From the NCBI GenBank assembly GCA_023382435.1, contig JAHDVS010000008.1:12272-76271 (forward strand): a stretch of 64,000 nucleotides of DNA, in the 5' to 3' direction. Made by a program: the position numbers and the translations under genes. Numbering within the stretch: the first letter of the stretch is position 1; each line of letters opens with the position of its first letter. This stretch comes from Thermoleophilia bacterium. GTDB taxonomy: Bacteria; Actinomycetota; Thermoleophilia; Gaiellales; Gaiellaceae. A model generated the notes under the pieces. That model had not been told where the DNA came from and ran no database searches. It was given only the letters and a program-made list of their open reading frames with translations. This document shows, piece after piece, positions 1 to 9,012 of this stretch.

Positions 1-906
1 GGCCGCGCTCACGCCGTAGGGGATGGTCGGGTTGGTCGAGGAGCAGATCACGTTCGGCTCGCCGCAGAGACGCAGCAGGTCGGGCGCGTGGCCGCCGCCG
101 CAGCCCTCGATGTGGTAGGCATGCACGGTGCGGCCCGCGAACGCCTCGAGCGTCCCCTCGACCGAAAGCGACTCGTTCAGCCCGTCCGTGTGGATCGCGA
201 GCTGCACGTCGTGGACGTCGCACAGGCGCAGCGCCTGCTCGATCGCGGTGCGGGTGGCGCCGACGTCCTCGTGGATCTTCAGCCCGGCCGCGCCCGCGAG
301 CAGCGACTCCTCGATCGTCTCCGGGCGGCTCGCGGAGCCCCGGCAGAGCAGAGCCACGTTGAGCGGCCAGGCGTCGAGCGCGGCGAGCTGGCGCTCGAGC
401 GCCCAGGGCGGGTTGGCGCCGAGGTTCCAGATCGGGCCGTAGTCCTGGCCGACGACCGTCGTCACCCCCGACGCGAGCGCGGCCTCCGCCAGCGCCGGCG
501 AGAGCAGGTGGACGTGCGAGTCGACCGCGCCGGGAGTCGCGATCAGGCCCTCGGCCGAGACGATCGCGGTGCCGGTGCCGAGCGGGACGTCGATGCCGTC
601 CTGGAGGTCCGGGTTGCCGGCGCGACCGACCGCGACGACGCGGCCGTCGCGGATCCCGATCGACGCCTTGACGACGCCGAGAACGGGGTCGAGCAGGAGG
701 CAGTTCGTGATCGCGAGGTCGCAGGAGCCCTCGGCGGCGGCGCGGGCAGCCAACCCGTCGCGGATCGTGCCCGCCCAGCCGGCGATCGCCTCCTCGCCGT
801 ACTCCGTGCGGTCGTCCGTGACCTCGACCCAGAGGTCGGTGTCACCGAGACGCACGCGGTCGCCGAGCGCGGGACCGTAGACGGCGGCGTAGGCGTCGCG
901 CTCCAT
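1..906 (-). CDS. ureC: urease subunit alpha, N-terminal 302 codons (gene continues beyond left edge)
   Basis: Minus frame open from ATG 906..904 to base 1; begins MERDAYAAVYGPALGDRVRLGDT; contains HTDGLNE and HAYHIEGCGGGHAPD urease active-site motifs; ATGA overlap with ureB stop. Confidence 0.9.
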   Translation of the reverse strand, partial: MERDAYAAVYGPALGDRVRLGDTDLWVEVTDDRTEYGEEAIAGWAGTIRDGLAARAAAEGSCDLAITNCLLLDPVLGVVKASIGIRDGRVVAVGRAGNPDLQDGIDVPLGTGTAIVSAEGLIATPGAVDSHVHLLSPALAEAALASGVTTVVGQDYGPIWNLGANPPWALERQLAALDAWPLNVALLCRGSASRPETIEESLLAGAAGLKIHEDVGATRTAIEQALRLCDVHDVQLAIHTDGLNESLSVEGTLEAFAGRTVHAYHIEGCGGGHAPDLLRLCGEPNVICSSTNPTIPYGVSAA

Positions 907-1214
907 CAGCGCTCGAGCGGCCCGTCGACGAGGCCGTTCATGCCGACGACGATGCGGCGCCCGCGGTAGGGGACGAGCGCAACGGTCACGTCCTCCCCCG
1001 GCGGGAACCAGGTCACCGCGCCCGCCGGCACGGCCAGGCGCCGCCCGTAGGCGGCGGCGCGGTCGAAGCACAGGGCCGGGTTGACCTCGAAGAAGTGGAA
1101 GTGGGAAGTGACGCCGACGGCGACAGCGCCCTCGTTGTGCACGGTCACGCTGACGGCGTCCGCGAGGTCTGGCCCGCGCGGCGGGCCGTCGGTGACGACC
1201 TCGCCGGGAATCAC
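906..1214 (-). CDS. ureB: urease subunit beta
   Basis: C-terminal 102 aa of track ORF 906..2138 (VIPGEVV...HFHFFEVNPAL...); GTG start at 1214 overlaps ureA stop (GTGA); the rest of the track ORF is a shadow extension. Confidence 0.9.
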   Translation of the reverse strand: MIPGEVVTDGPPRGPDLADAVSVTVHNEGAVAVGVTSHFHFFEVNPALCFDRAAAYGRRLAVPAGAVTWFPPGEDVTVALVPYRGRRIVVGMNGLVDGPLER

Positions 1215-1531
1215 GCGGGCGGCTCCACCCGGGCGATCGGGTCGCGCAGCACGACCAGCCTCGTCCCGTCGGCGAACAGCGGCTCGACCTCGACGTACGA
1301 GGCGAGCGCGGCCACCCCGTCGAGAACGTCCGCGGGCCCGAGCACCGAGTAGCCGTGCGCGACCACCTCCTCGTAGGAGGCTCCGTCGCGGGCCTTCTCG
1401 AACACCTCGTCCGCGATCAGCGCCAGCGCCTCCGGGTGGTTGAGCCGCAGCCCCCGTGAGCGCCTGCGCCGGGCAAGCTCGGCCGCGAGGAAGACGGTCA
1501 GGCGGGCGCGCTCCTTCGGCGTCAGGCGCAC
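1211..1531 (-). CDS. ureA: urease subunit gamma
   Basis: 106 aa MRLTPKERARLTVFLAAELARRR...; classic UreA N-terminus; heads the ureABC operon. Confidence 0.92.
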   Translation of the reverse strand: MRLTPKERARLTVFLAAELARRRRSRGLRLNHPEALALIADEVFEKARDGASYEEVVAHGYSVLGPADVLDGVAALASYVEVEPLFADGTRLVVLRDPIARVEPPA

Positions 1532-1588
1532 GGGCGCATGATAGGGCTAGGCTTGCGCCTCGATGGCGAGCGGGGCGTGGGAGCGCGC

Positions 1589-2743
1589 ATGGGTCTGAGC
1601 GGCCAGGTAGCGATCGTCGGGGCGTACGAGTCACCGCGGCGCAAGGCGCCCGGCATGCACCCGTTCGAGCTCCAGGCAGAGTGCGTGCGCGGCGCGCTCG
1701 AGGATGCCGGGCTCTCGCTCGCCGACGTGGACGGCTTCTGCACGGCGGCCGGCTTCCCCGGTGAGGGGGGCGCCTGGATGGACACCTGCGAGGTGGCGGA
1801 GTGGCTGGGGATCCACCCGGCCTTCCTCGACGGCACGGACACGGGCGGGGCGGCGCCGCTCTCCCAGGCGGGCCACGCCGCCGCCGCGATCGCGACCGGC
1901 CTCGCTGACGTCGTGGTTGTGAGCTATGCGGCCTGCTCCTACTCGGGCGCCGCCGACTTCGACACGCCGCCGCCGGGCTGGGGCCCGTACGGCTACGAGG
2001 CGCCCTACGGACTGACGACGGTCGCGGCGTACGCGCTGGCCGCGCAGCGTCACATGCACGAGCTCGGCACGACCCCGGAGCAGCTCGCGCTGGTCGCGGT
2101 GCAGTGCCGGGCGAACGCGGCAGCGAACCCGGACGCACGCTACCGCGACCCCCTGACGGTCGAGGACGTGCTCGCCTCGCCCGTGATCGCCTCGCCGCTG
2201 CACCGCCTCGACTGCTGCGTTGTCACGGACTCGGGCGGTGCGATCGTGCTGACGGGCCCCAGCAGGGCGGCGTCGTGCCGGAAGCGCCCCGTCTGGCTGC
2301 TCGGGTTCGGCGAGGCGGCCGGCCAGGTACAGATGAGCCAGATGTGGCCGTATACCGAGACGGTCGCGCGGGTCTCGGGGCCGCGCGCGCTCGCGATGGC
2401 GGGGGTCACGCTCGACGACCTCGACTGCGCGCAGATCTACGACAGCTTCACGATCACGGTCCTGCTCACGCTCGAGAGCCTCGGCTTCTGCGAGCGGGGC
2501 GAGGGCGGCGCGTTCGTCGAGAGCGGTGCGCTCGCGCCCGCCGGCTCGCTCCCGATCAACACGGACGGCGGCGGCCTGTCGTCGAACCACCCGGGCCGGC
2601 GCGGGATCTTCACGCTGATCGAGGGCGTGCGGCAGCTCCGCGGCGAGAGCCCGGGCGTCCAGCTCGCCGACCCGAAGCTCGTCCTCTGCCACGGCACCGG
2701 CGGCTCGCTGTCGGCGACCGCAACGGTGATCCTGGGAATCTGA
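1589..2743 (+). CDS. thiolase-like (SCP-x / lipid-transfer type) protein
   Basis: Track ORF 1538..2743 trimmed to ATG 1589 (MGLSGQVAIVGAYESP...); thiolase-fold-like sequence; followed 1 nt later by its usual DUF35 partner. Confidence 0.8.
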   Translation: MGLSGQVAIVGAYESPRRKAPGMHPFELQAECVRGALEDAGLSLADVDGFCTAAGFPGEGGAWMDTCEVAEWLGIHPAFLDGTDTGGAAPLSQAGHAAAAIATGLADVVVVSYAACSYSGAADFDTPPPGWGPYGYEAPYGLTTVAAYALAAQRHMHELGTTPEQLALVAVQCRANAAANPDARYRDPLTVEDVLASPVIASPLHRLDCCVVTDSGGAIVLTGPSRAASCRKRPVWLLGFGEAAGQVQMSQMWPYTETVARVSGPRALAMAGVTLDDLDCAQIYDSFTITVLLTLESLGFCERGEGGAFVESGALAPAGSLPINTDGGGLSSNHPGRRGIFTLIEGVRQLRGESPGVQLADPKLVLCHGTGGSLSATATVILGI

Positions 2744-2744
2744 C

Positions 2745-3164
2745 GTGAGCGGCCGCCCGAAGCCCCTGCCCGTGCTCGGCGACGAGCTCTCCCGCACGTA
2801 CTGGGAGGCCGCCGCGGAAGGCAGGCTGCTGCTCCAGCGCTGCCGCGCCTGCGGCGCCTACCAGCACTACCCGCGCGGCCACTGCGTCCGCTGCTTCGCC
2901 CCCGACCCGGAGTGGGTCGAGGCGGCGGGCAGCGGGCGCCTGCACACGTTCTCGATCGTGCAGCGCACCTCGGATCCCTCGTTCGAGGACGACGTCCCCT
3001 ACGCGTTCGGGATCGTCGAGCTCGACGAGGGGCCCCGCCTCGCCGTCAACGTCGTCGACACGCCGCTCGAGGAGCTCGCCTGCGACCTGCCGGTGTCGAT
3101 CGTGTTCACGCCGGCGGCCGGCGGCATCGCTCTCCCCAACGCGACCCGGAAGGAGGCAGGATGA
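2745..3164 (+). CDS. DUF35-type OB-fold / zinc-ribbon protein (thiolase partner)
   Basis: 139 aa with CRACG...HCVRC (C-x2-C ... C-x2-C) ribbon followed by an OB-like segment; adjacent to the thiolase-like gene. Confidence 0.8.
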   Translation: MSGRPKPLPVLGDELSRTYWEAAAEGRLLLQRCRACGAYQHYPRGHCVRCFAPDPEWVEAAGSGRLHTFSIVQRTSDPSFEDDVPYAFGIVELDEGPRLAVNVVDTPLEELACDLPVSIVFTPAAGGIALPNATRKEAG

Positions 3165-3265
3165 TCCACCTCGAGGATCTGGAGCCGGGCCGGGAGCTCG
3201 TCACGGCCCCCGTCTACCCCGGCGACACGATCGTCACGCGCACAGCCGAGGCGGAAGCGACATGA
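3161..3265 (+). CDS. 34-codon ORF resembling a collapsed MaoC/hot-dog dehydratase (possible remnant)
   Basis: AAGGAGG 5 nt upstream of ATG 3161; ATGA overlaps with both neighbours; 30/34 codons end in G/C; MIHLEDLEPGRELV + APVYPGDTIV look like the N- and C-terminal ends of a hot-dog hydratase. Confidence 0.4.
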   Translation: MIHLEDLEPGRELVTAPVYPGDTIVTRTAEAEAT

Positions 3266-4005
3266 CGCGGCTCGCCGGACACGTCGCGCTCGTCACCGGC
3301 GCCGCCGGCGCGCTCGGCTCGACCACCGCCGAGCGGCTCGCCGCCGACGGCGCCGCGGTCGTCTGCACCGATATCGACGGGCCGGGGGCGGAGGCCGTCG
3401 CCGAGTCGATCCGGGCCGGCGGGCGCGAGGCGCTCGCGCTCGAGCACGACGTCGCGAGCCGCCCGGCCTGGGCGATGGCAGTCGAGGCCGCGGTCGACGC
3501 GTTCGGGCACCTCGACGTGCTCGTCAACAACGCCGGCATCACCCGCGACCGGACGCTGCTCAAGATGGTCGACGAGGAGTGGGACGCCGTGATCGATGTG
3601 CATCTGCGCGGCACGTACCTGGGCTGCCAGCACGGGCTGGCCGCGATGCGCGAGCGCGGCTGGGGTCGGATCGTCAACCTCTCCTCGATCTCCGCCTGGG
3701 GCACGGTCGGGCAGACGAACTACGCGGCCGCGAAGGCCGGGATCGTCGGGATCACCCGTACCGTCGCGCTGGAGGGCGCCCGCTACGGCGTGCTTGCGAA
3801 CGCGATCGCCCCCGGCGGGATCGACACACCGATGCTGCGGGCAATCCCGACCGACCTGTTCGAGCGGGGCCGCGGGCTCGTCCCGCTCGGCCGCTACGGT
3901 GAGCCCGGGGAGATCGCGGCGGTCGCGGCGTTCCTCGCCTCGGATGACGCTAGCTACCTGACCGGCCAGGTGATCCACGTCAACGGCGGCGCGCTCCTGC
4001 CCTGA
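3262..4005 (+). CDS. short-chain dehydrogenase/reductase (FabG-like 3-oxoacyl reductase)
   Basis: TGAAGALG Rossmann motif, NNAG, S...YAAAK catalytic motif. Confidence 0.85.
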   Translation: MTRLAGHVALVTGAAGALGSTTAERLAADGAAVVCTDIDGPGAEAVAESIRAGGREALALEHDVASRPAWAMAVEAAVDAFGHLDVLVNNAGITRDRTLLKMVDEEWDAVIDVHLRGTYLGCQHGLAAMRERGWGRIVNLSSISAWGTVGQTNYAAAKAGIVGITRTVALEGARYGVLANAIAPGGIDTPMLRAIPTDLFERGRGLVPLGRYGEPGEIAAVAAFLASDDASYLTGQVIHVNGGALLP

Positions 4006-4023
4006 GCCCACCGGAGGGGCCCG

Positions 4024-5169
4024 ATGGACACGACGCTCTCGAAGCTCGACCGCAAGCTCGTCGCCCACGCCCGCGCATTCGCGGAGCGAGAGCTACGTCC
4101 GGTCGCGGCCCACTACGACGAGACCGAGCAGTTCCCGTGGGAGGTCCACTGGAAGGCGGCCGAGGCGGGTCTGGCCTCGTACGACCTGCCCGAGGAGTAC
4201 GGCGGTGGGGGCGTCACGAGCCTGCTCACGAGCTGCCACATTGCCGAGGAGCTCGCGTGGGGAGACGGGCCGATCGCCGGGGCGTTCGGCGGCGGCAGCT
4301 TCTTCGCCGGGCCGATCGTTGCCCTCGGCACCGGCGAGCAGAAGGCGCGCTGGCTCCCGCCGCTCTGCGGCCCCCGGCCACCCGTCGCGGCGCTCGCGAT
4401 CACGGAGCCGCACTGCGGCTCGGACGCGGCGGCACTGAAGACCCACGCGCGCCGGGTCGAGGGCGGCTACGTCCTCGACGGGCAGAAGACGTGGATCTCG
4501 AACGCCCCGATCGCCGACCTCTACCTCGTCTACGCGACCGTCGCACCGGGGACGCGGTCGAAGGGGATCACGTCCTTCGTCGTCGAGAAGGGCGACCCCG
4601 GCTTCACCCCCGGCCGGGAGCTGCCGAAGCTGGGGGCGCGCTGCTACCCGGCCGGCGAGCTCTTCTTCAAGGACTGCTTCGTCGCCGACGACCGGCGCAT
4701 CGGCGACGAGGGCCAGGGCTTCTACGGGGTGATGCGCTGGTTCGACCGATCGCGGGTGACGCTCGCGGCGAACTCGCTCGGGATGGGTCGGGCCGCGCTC
4801 GAGGTCGCGATCGAGTACGCGAAGGAGCGGGAGGCGTTCGGCAAGCAGATCCACGAGTACCAGGCGGTCAGCTTCCGGCTCGTCGACGCGAAGCTCGGCC
4901 TCGATCAGGCGCGTCTTCTGACCCACCACGCGGCGCGGCTCGCGGACGCGGGAGAGCCGTTCACGGTCGAGGCGTCGATGGCGAAGCTCGCTGCCTCCGA
5001 GGCGGCCTGGTACACAACCTGGGCGGCCGTGCAGACGCTCGGCTCGAACGGCTATTCGCGCGAGTACCCGGTCGAGCGCTGGCTGCGCAACGTCAAGCTC
5101 GAGGAGATCTACGAGGGCACGAGCGACATCCAACGGCTCGTGATCGCCCGCAGCATGTTCGGGTCTTGA
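4024..5169 (+). CDS. acyl-CoA dehydrogenase
   Basis: 381 aa; typical ACAD length and C-terminal IYEGTSDIQRLVIAR motif. Confidence 0.9.
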   Translation: MDTTLSKLDRKLVAHARAFAERELRPVAAHYDETEQFPWEVHWKAAEAGLASYDLPEEYGGGGVTSLLTSCHIAEELAWGDGPIAGAFGGGSFFAGPIVALGTGEQKARWLPPLCGPRPPVAALAITEPHCGSDAAALKTHARRVEGGYVLDGQKTWISNAPIADLYLVYATVAPGTRSKGITSFVVEKGDPGFTPGRELPKLGARCYPAGELFFKDCFVADDRRIGDEGQGFYGVMRWFDRSRVTLAANSLGMGRAALEVAIEYAKEREAFGKQIHEYQAVSFRLVDAKLGLDQARLLTHHAARLADAGEPFTVEASMAKLAASEAAWYTTWAAVQTLGSNGYSREYPVERWLRNVKLEEIYEGTSDIQRLVIARSMFGS

Positions 5170-5175
5170 CGCGGG

Positions 5176-6285
5176 CTACCGGGGGGCGCGGGCTGCCGCC
5201 AGCTCCGCGGCGACCCGTTCCATCACGTCGAGCGGGCCGACCGTGATCCTCGCCGTCCCGGGCAGGCCGAACTCGCTGCCCGGGCGGATCAGGAGGCCGC
5301 GGCGGGCGAGGCTCCCGGCGGCCTCGACGTCGTCCATGCCGAGGCGCACGAGCAGGAAGTTCGCCTGCGACGGCGTCGACTCGAGCCCGGCCTCCCCGAG
5401 CCTCGCAGCCAGGAGCGCCCGCGCCGCGGCGGCCCGGGTGCGGCGCTCCTCGACGAGCTCGCACCGGCGCAGGCTCGCGCAGCCGGCGGCTAGCGCGGCC
5501 CGGTTGACGTTGAACGGCTCCTGCACGACGTCCAGGAAGGACGCGAGCTGCTCGCCCGCGATCGCGTAGCCGAGCCGCAGCCCGGCGAGCCCGAAGATCT
5601 TGGAGAACGTTCGCAGGAGCAGCACGGGCCGGCCAGCGGCGACATCCGCCTCACGGTCGACCCGAAGCCCGGGATCGACGTACTCGCGGTAGGCCTCGTC
5701 GACGACAGCGACCGATCCCTGCGGGAGCGCGTCGAGGAACGCCCGCCACTCGGCCGCGGTCACGATCCTGCCGGTCGGGTTGTTGGGGTCGACGACCCAG
5801 ACGAGCCGGGCCGACGTGCGCTCGGTCGCAGCGAGCATCGCCTCGAGGTCGAGCCCGAGGTCGCTCCGGACGGGCACGCGCGCGACCTCGGCGCCGTGGG
5901 CGGCGCAGACCTGCGCGTACAGCCCGTAGGTGGGGCTCGGGATCACGACCGTGTCGCCGGGGCGCAGGAACGCGGTGGCGACGATGGTCACGAGCGCCTG
6001 GATCCCGTGCGCAGGCACGATCCTGGCCGGCACGGTCCCCGTCCACGCGGCGACATCGGCGCGGAAGTCCGCGTACGCCTGCTCGGGGTACATCCAGGAG
6101 TTCGGGAGCTCCCGCTCGACCTCCTCGAGCACGCCCTCGAGCGGCCCGGCGAGCTCCTCGTTCCAGTTCAGCTTCCAGACCTCGTCGAGCCCGTGGCGGG
6201 CCTTGAGCTCGGCCATGCTCTCGCCGGGGTCGTAGGGGTCGACCCCGACGAGCGACGGCCTGACGAGACGGCTCCAGTCGGTCAT
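5176..6285 (-). CDS. class I/II PLP aminotransferase (histidinol-phosphate aminotransferase-like)
   Basis: 369 aa; NPNNPTG and RTFSKIFGLAGLRLGY (PLP-lysine) motifs. Confidence 0.8.
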   Translation of the reverse strand: MTDWSRLVRPSLVGVDPYDPGESMAELKARHGLDEVWKLNWNEELAGPLEGVLEEVERELPNSWMYPEQAYADFRADVAAWTGTVPARIVPAHGIQALVTIVATAFLRPGDTVVIPSPTYGLYAQVCAAHGAEVARVPVRSDLGLDLEAMLAATERTSARLVWVVDPNNPTGRIVTAAEWRAFLDALPQGSVAVVDEAYREYVDPGLRVDREADVAAGRPVLLLRTFSKIFGLAGLRLGYAIAGEQLASFLDVVQEPFNVNRAALAAGCASLRRCELVEERRTRAAAARALLAARLGEAGLESTPSQANFLLVRLGMDDVEAAGSLARRGLLIRPGSEFGLPGTARITVGPLDVMERVAAELAAARAPR

Positions 6286-6365
6286 GCACGAAGGATCGCA
6301 CGGGCGGGCGGGCGCCGGCGCCCGGAGCGGCGTAGGATCTCGCGACCGCTACGGGAGGTGCGTGC

Positions 6366-7100
6366 ATGAGGCTCGAGGGCAGGGTGGCGATCGTGACTGG
6401 CGGCGCGCGGGGTCTCGGCCGGGCGATCGCGCGCGGGCTCGCCGCGGAGGGCGGAACCGTCGTCGTCGCCGATGTCGACGGTCCGGGCGCCGAGCGGGTC
6501 GCGGCGGAGCTCCCCGGGGGGCTCGCCGTCCGCGCCGACGTCTCGCGCGAGGAGGACGCGCACGCCATGGTCGAGGCGGCGCTCGAGCGGTTCGGGCGGC
6601 TCGACGTCCTCGTCAATAATGCCGCCCTGGTCCCGTGGGCGCCGATCGACGAGATCGACCTCACCGAGTGGCGGCGGATCACGGCAGTCAACCTCGACGG
6701 GGTGTTCCTGGCCTGCAAGGCGGTACTGGCGCCGATGCGGGGCGCCGGCTACGGGCGGATCGTCAACATCACCTCGACCGTGATCCTGACCGGCGTCCCG
6801 AACGTCGCCCACTACAGCGCCGCGAAGGGCGGCGTCCTGGCGCTGACCCGGGAGCTCGCGACGGAGTTGGGCGCGGACGGCATCACCGTCAACGCGGTCG
6901 CCCCAGGCCTGACGCGCACGGAGGGCACCCTCGAGACGCGCCACGCCGACTTCTACGACCTGGTCGTCGGCTTGCAGGCGATCCCGCGCCTGGGCCAGCC
7001 CGAGGACATCGCCCCCGCGGTCGTCTTCCTCGCCTCCGAGGAGTCGCGCTGGGTGACGGGACAGATGATCGTCGCCGACGGCGGCCTCGCCCGCCACTGA
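6366..7100 (+). CDS. short-chain dehydrogenase/reductase
   Basis: TGGARGLG, NNAA, YSAAK motifs; TAGGAT -10-like hexamer in the upstream gap. Confidence 0.85.
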   Translation: MRLEGRVAIVTGGARGLGRAIARGLAAEGGTVVVADVDGPGAERVAAELPGGLAVRADVSREEDAHAMVEAALERFGRLDVLVNNAALVPWAPIDEIDLTEWRRITAVNLDGVFLACKAVLAPMRGAGYGRIVNITSTVILTGVPNVAHYSAAKGGVLALTRELATELGADGITVNAVAPGLTRTEGTLETRHADFYDLVVGLQAIPRLGQPEDIAPAVVFLASEESRWVTGQMIVADGGLARH

Positions 7101-7111
7101 CGGCCGAACGC

Positions 7112-7144
7112 GCCATGTCCGGGGGCCTGGCCCCGGGACATGGC
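7112..7144. terminator. GC-rich hairpin between convergent genes (candidate bidirectional terminator)
   Basis: GCCATGTCCGGGGGCC-T-GGCCCCGGGACATGGC: 16-nt arms with one mismatch; lies between the SDR stop (7100) and the TPP-enzyme stop (7153); no U tract. Confidence 0.45.
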
Positions 7145-7152
7145 TGACCCGG

Positions 7153-8766
7153 TCAGGGCGTCGCCTGCACCCAGCGCAGGCGCTCGCGCAGGACGAGCAC
7201 GGCCGGGCCGGCGGAGGCGAGCGCCCACTCGAGGTCGGCTGCGAGCGCATCCGGCGACGTCTCGCGCACCGGCACGCCGAAGGCCCCGGCGAGGCGCACG
7301 AAGTCGGGCTGGGCCAGGTCGACGGCCGTCGTCTCGCCGTACGCGCCGAGCTCGTACTCGCGCAGGATCCCGTAGCCGCCGTCGTCGACGAGGAGCAGCG
7401 CGGCCGCGATGCCGTGCTGGCGCGCGCTCGCGAGCTCGGCGAGGCCGTACTGGAAGCCGCCGTCCCCGTGGACGGCGAGGGCGGGCGTTCCGGGCAGGGC
7501 GAGCTTCGCCCCGAGCGCGGCCGGCCAGGCGTAACCGAGCGTGCCCGACCCGAGCGGGTAGAGCCAGCGACGCGGTGCCAGAACGGGGAAGTAGGAGGAG
7601 GCGCAGTAGGCGAGGATCGTCATGTCCCAGGCGCTGATCGCGTCGGCCGGGAGCGCCTGGCGGATCGAGCGGAGCAGCCCTGTCTCGAGCTCCGCGCCCT
7701 GCGCGGCGAGGCCGCGCTCGATCGTCTCGCGCAGCGCGGCAACCCGCTGCTCCGCGTGCCCGTCCGGCCCGCGGGCGGGCACGCGCGCTGCGAGCCCGGC
7801 GAGCGTGTCGCGGGCGTCGCCGACGATCCCGACCGCGGCCGGGTAGGTCGCGCCGATCCGGGCCTGGTCGGCGTCGGCGTGGACGAGCGTGGGCGGTCGC
7901 AGACGCCAGTCGCGAGTCGTCTCGGCTCCGAGCTCGGTGCCGACCGCGAGCAGCACGTCCGCGTCCTCGAGGAACGCCGCCAGCGCGCCGTCGTAGCAGG
8001 CCGAGCCGGCGGCGAGCGGGTGGTCCTCGGGCAGCGCGCCCTTGCCCATGAACGTGGTTGCGACCGGAGCGCGCAGCCGCTCTGCGAGCGCGCGTAACTC
8101 CTCCCAGGCGCCGGCCGCGAGCACGCCGCCGCCGGCCCAGATCGCCGGACGCTCCGCCCCGGCGAGGAGGCGCGCCGCCTCGTCGAGCGCGGCCGGGTCC
8201 GGCGGTGCGATCGGCCTCGGGGACCAGTCGAGGGATCCCACCGGCGCGCCCGTCTCGCCCTTCAGGACGTCCCACGGCACCTCGAGGTAGACGGGCCCTG
8301 CGGGCGGGGCGAGCGCCCGGCGCCAGGCTTCCGCGAGCAGCTCCGGGATCGCCTCCGCGCTTTCGGCCCGCGCGGCCGACTTGACGATTGGCGCGAACGA
8401 CGCGAGCTGGTCTGGCAGCTCGTGCAGGTAGCCGCGCCCCTTGCCGATCAGCTCGCCCGGGATCTGGGAGGAGATCGCGACCACCGGCACGTGGGAGCTC
8501 GCCGCCTCCATCAGCGCGGCGAGCGAGATCAGCGCCCCCGGGCCCGTCGAGAGGAGAAGCGGCGCGGGCCGGCGGCTGACGCGCGCGTAGCCGTCGGCGG
8601 CAAAGCCGGCGTTCAGCTCGGAGCGCAGCGCGACGCCGCGGACGCTGCTCGTTCGCAGCGCCTCCCACATCGGCAAGGCATGGATCCCGGGCAGCCCGAA
8701 CGCGAACTCCGCCCCGAGCGCCTCGAGCGACTCGACGACGACGTGCCCACCCGTCCTGCCGGCCAT
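7153..8766 (-). CDS. thiamine-pyrophosphate enzyme (acetolactate synthase large-subunit-like)
   Basis: 537 aa; N-terminal HVVVESLEALG..GLPG and GDGGFQY TPP-binding motif. Confidence 0.85.
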   Translation of the reverse strand: MAGRTGGHVVVESLEALGAEFAFGLPGIHALPMWEALRTSSVRGVALRSELNAGFAADGYARVSRRPAPLLLSTGPGALISLAALMEAASSHVPVVAISSQIPGELIGKGRGYLHELPDQLASFAPIVKSAARAESAEAIPELLAEAWRRALAPPAGPVYLEVPWDVLKGETGAPVGSLDWSPRPIAPPDPAALDEAARLLAGAERPAIWAGGGVLAAGAWEELRALAERLRAPVATTFMGKGALPEDHPLAAGSACYDGALAAFLEDADVLLAVGTELGAETTRDWRLRPPTLVHADADQARIGATYPAAVGIVGDARDTLAGLAARVPARGPDGHAEQRVAALRETIERGLAAQGAELETGLLRSIRQALPADAISAWDMTILAYCASSYFPVLAPRRWLYPLGSGTLGYAWPAALGAKLALPGTPALAVHGDGGFQYGLAELASARQHGIAAALLLVDDGGYGILREYELGAYGETTAVDLAQPDFVRLAGAFGVPVRETSPDALAADLEWALASAGPAVLVLRERLRWVQATP

Positions 8767-9012
8767 TGCGGGAGCCTACCCTGGCTGAAACGCCGCCATC
8801 AGCGCCCGCGGTAGTCGCGCGGACCCCTCGGCGGCCGCCCGCACGCCGGCGAACGCCACCCGGTCTGGCGGCGTGTGCGCGTCACGCTCCTCGCCGGGGC
8901 CGAAGCCGACCGTGGGACGAGCGGGAGCCCGTCGGGCTCGGACCCCTGGCGTCGCCGCCCTGGCGGCGGGCGACCTCGCGGAGCCGCACCGAGGAGGCCT
9001 CCTTCGTGGCAT

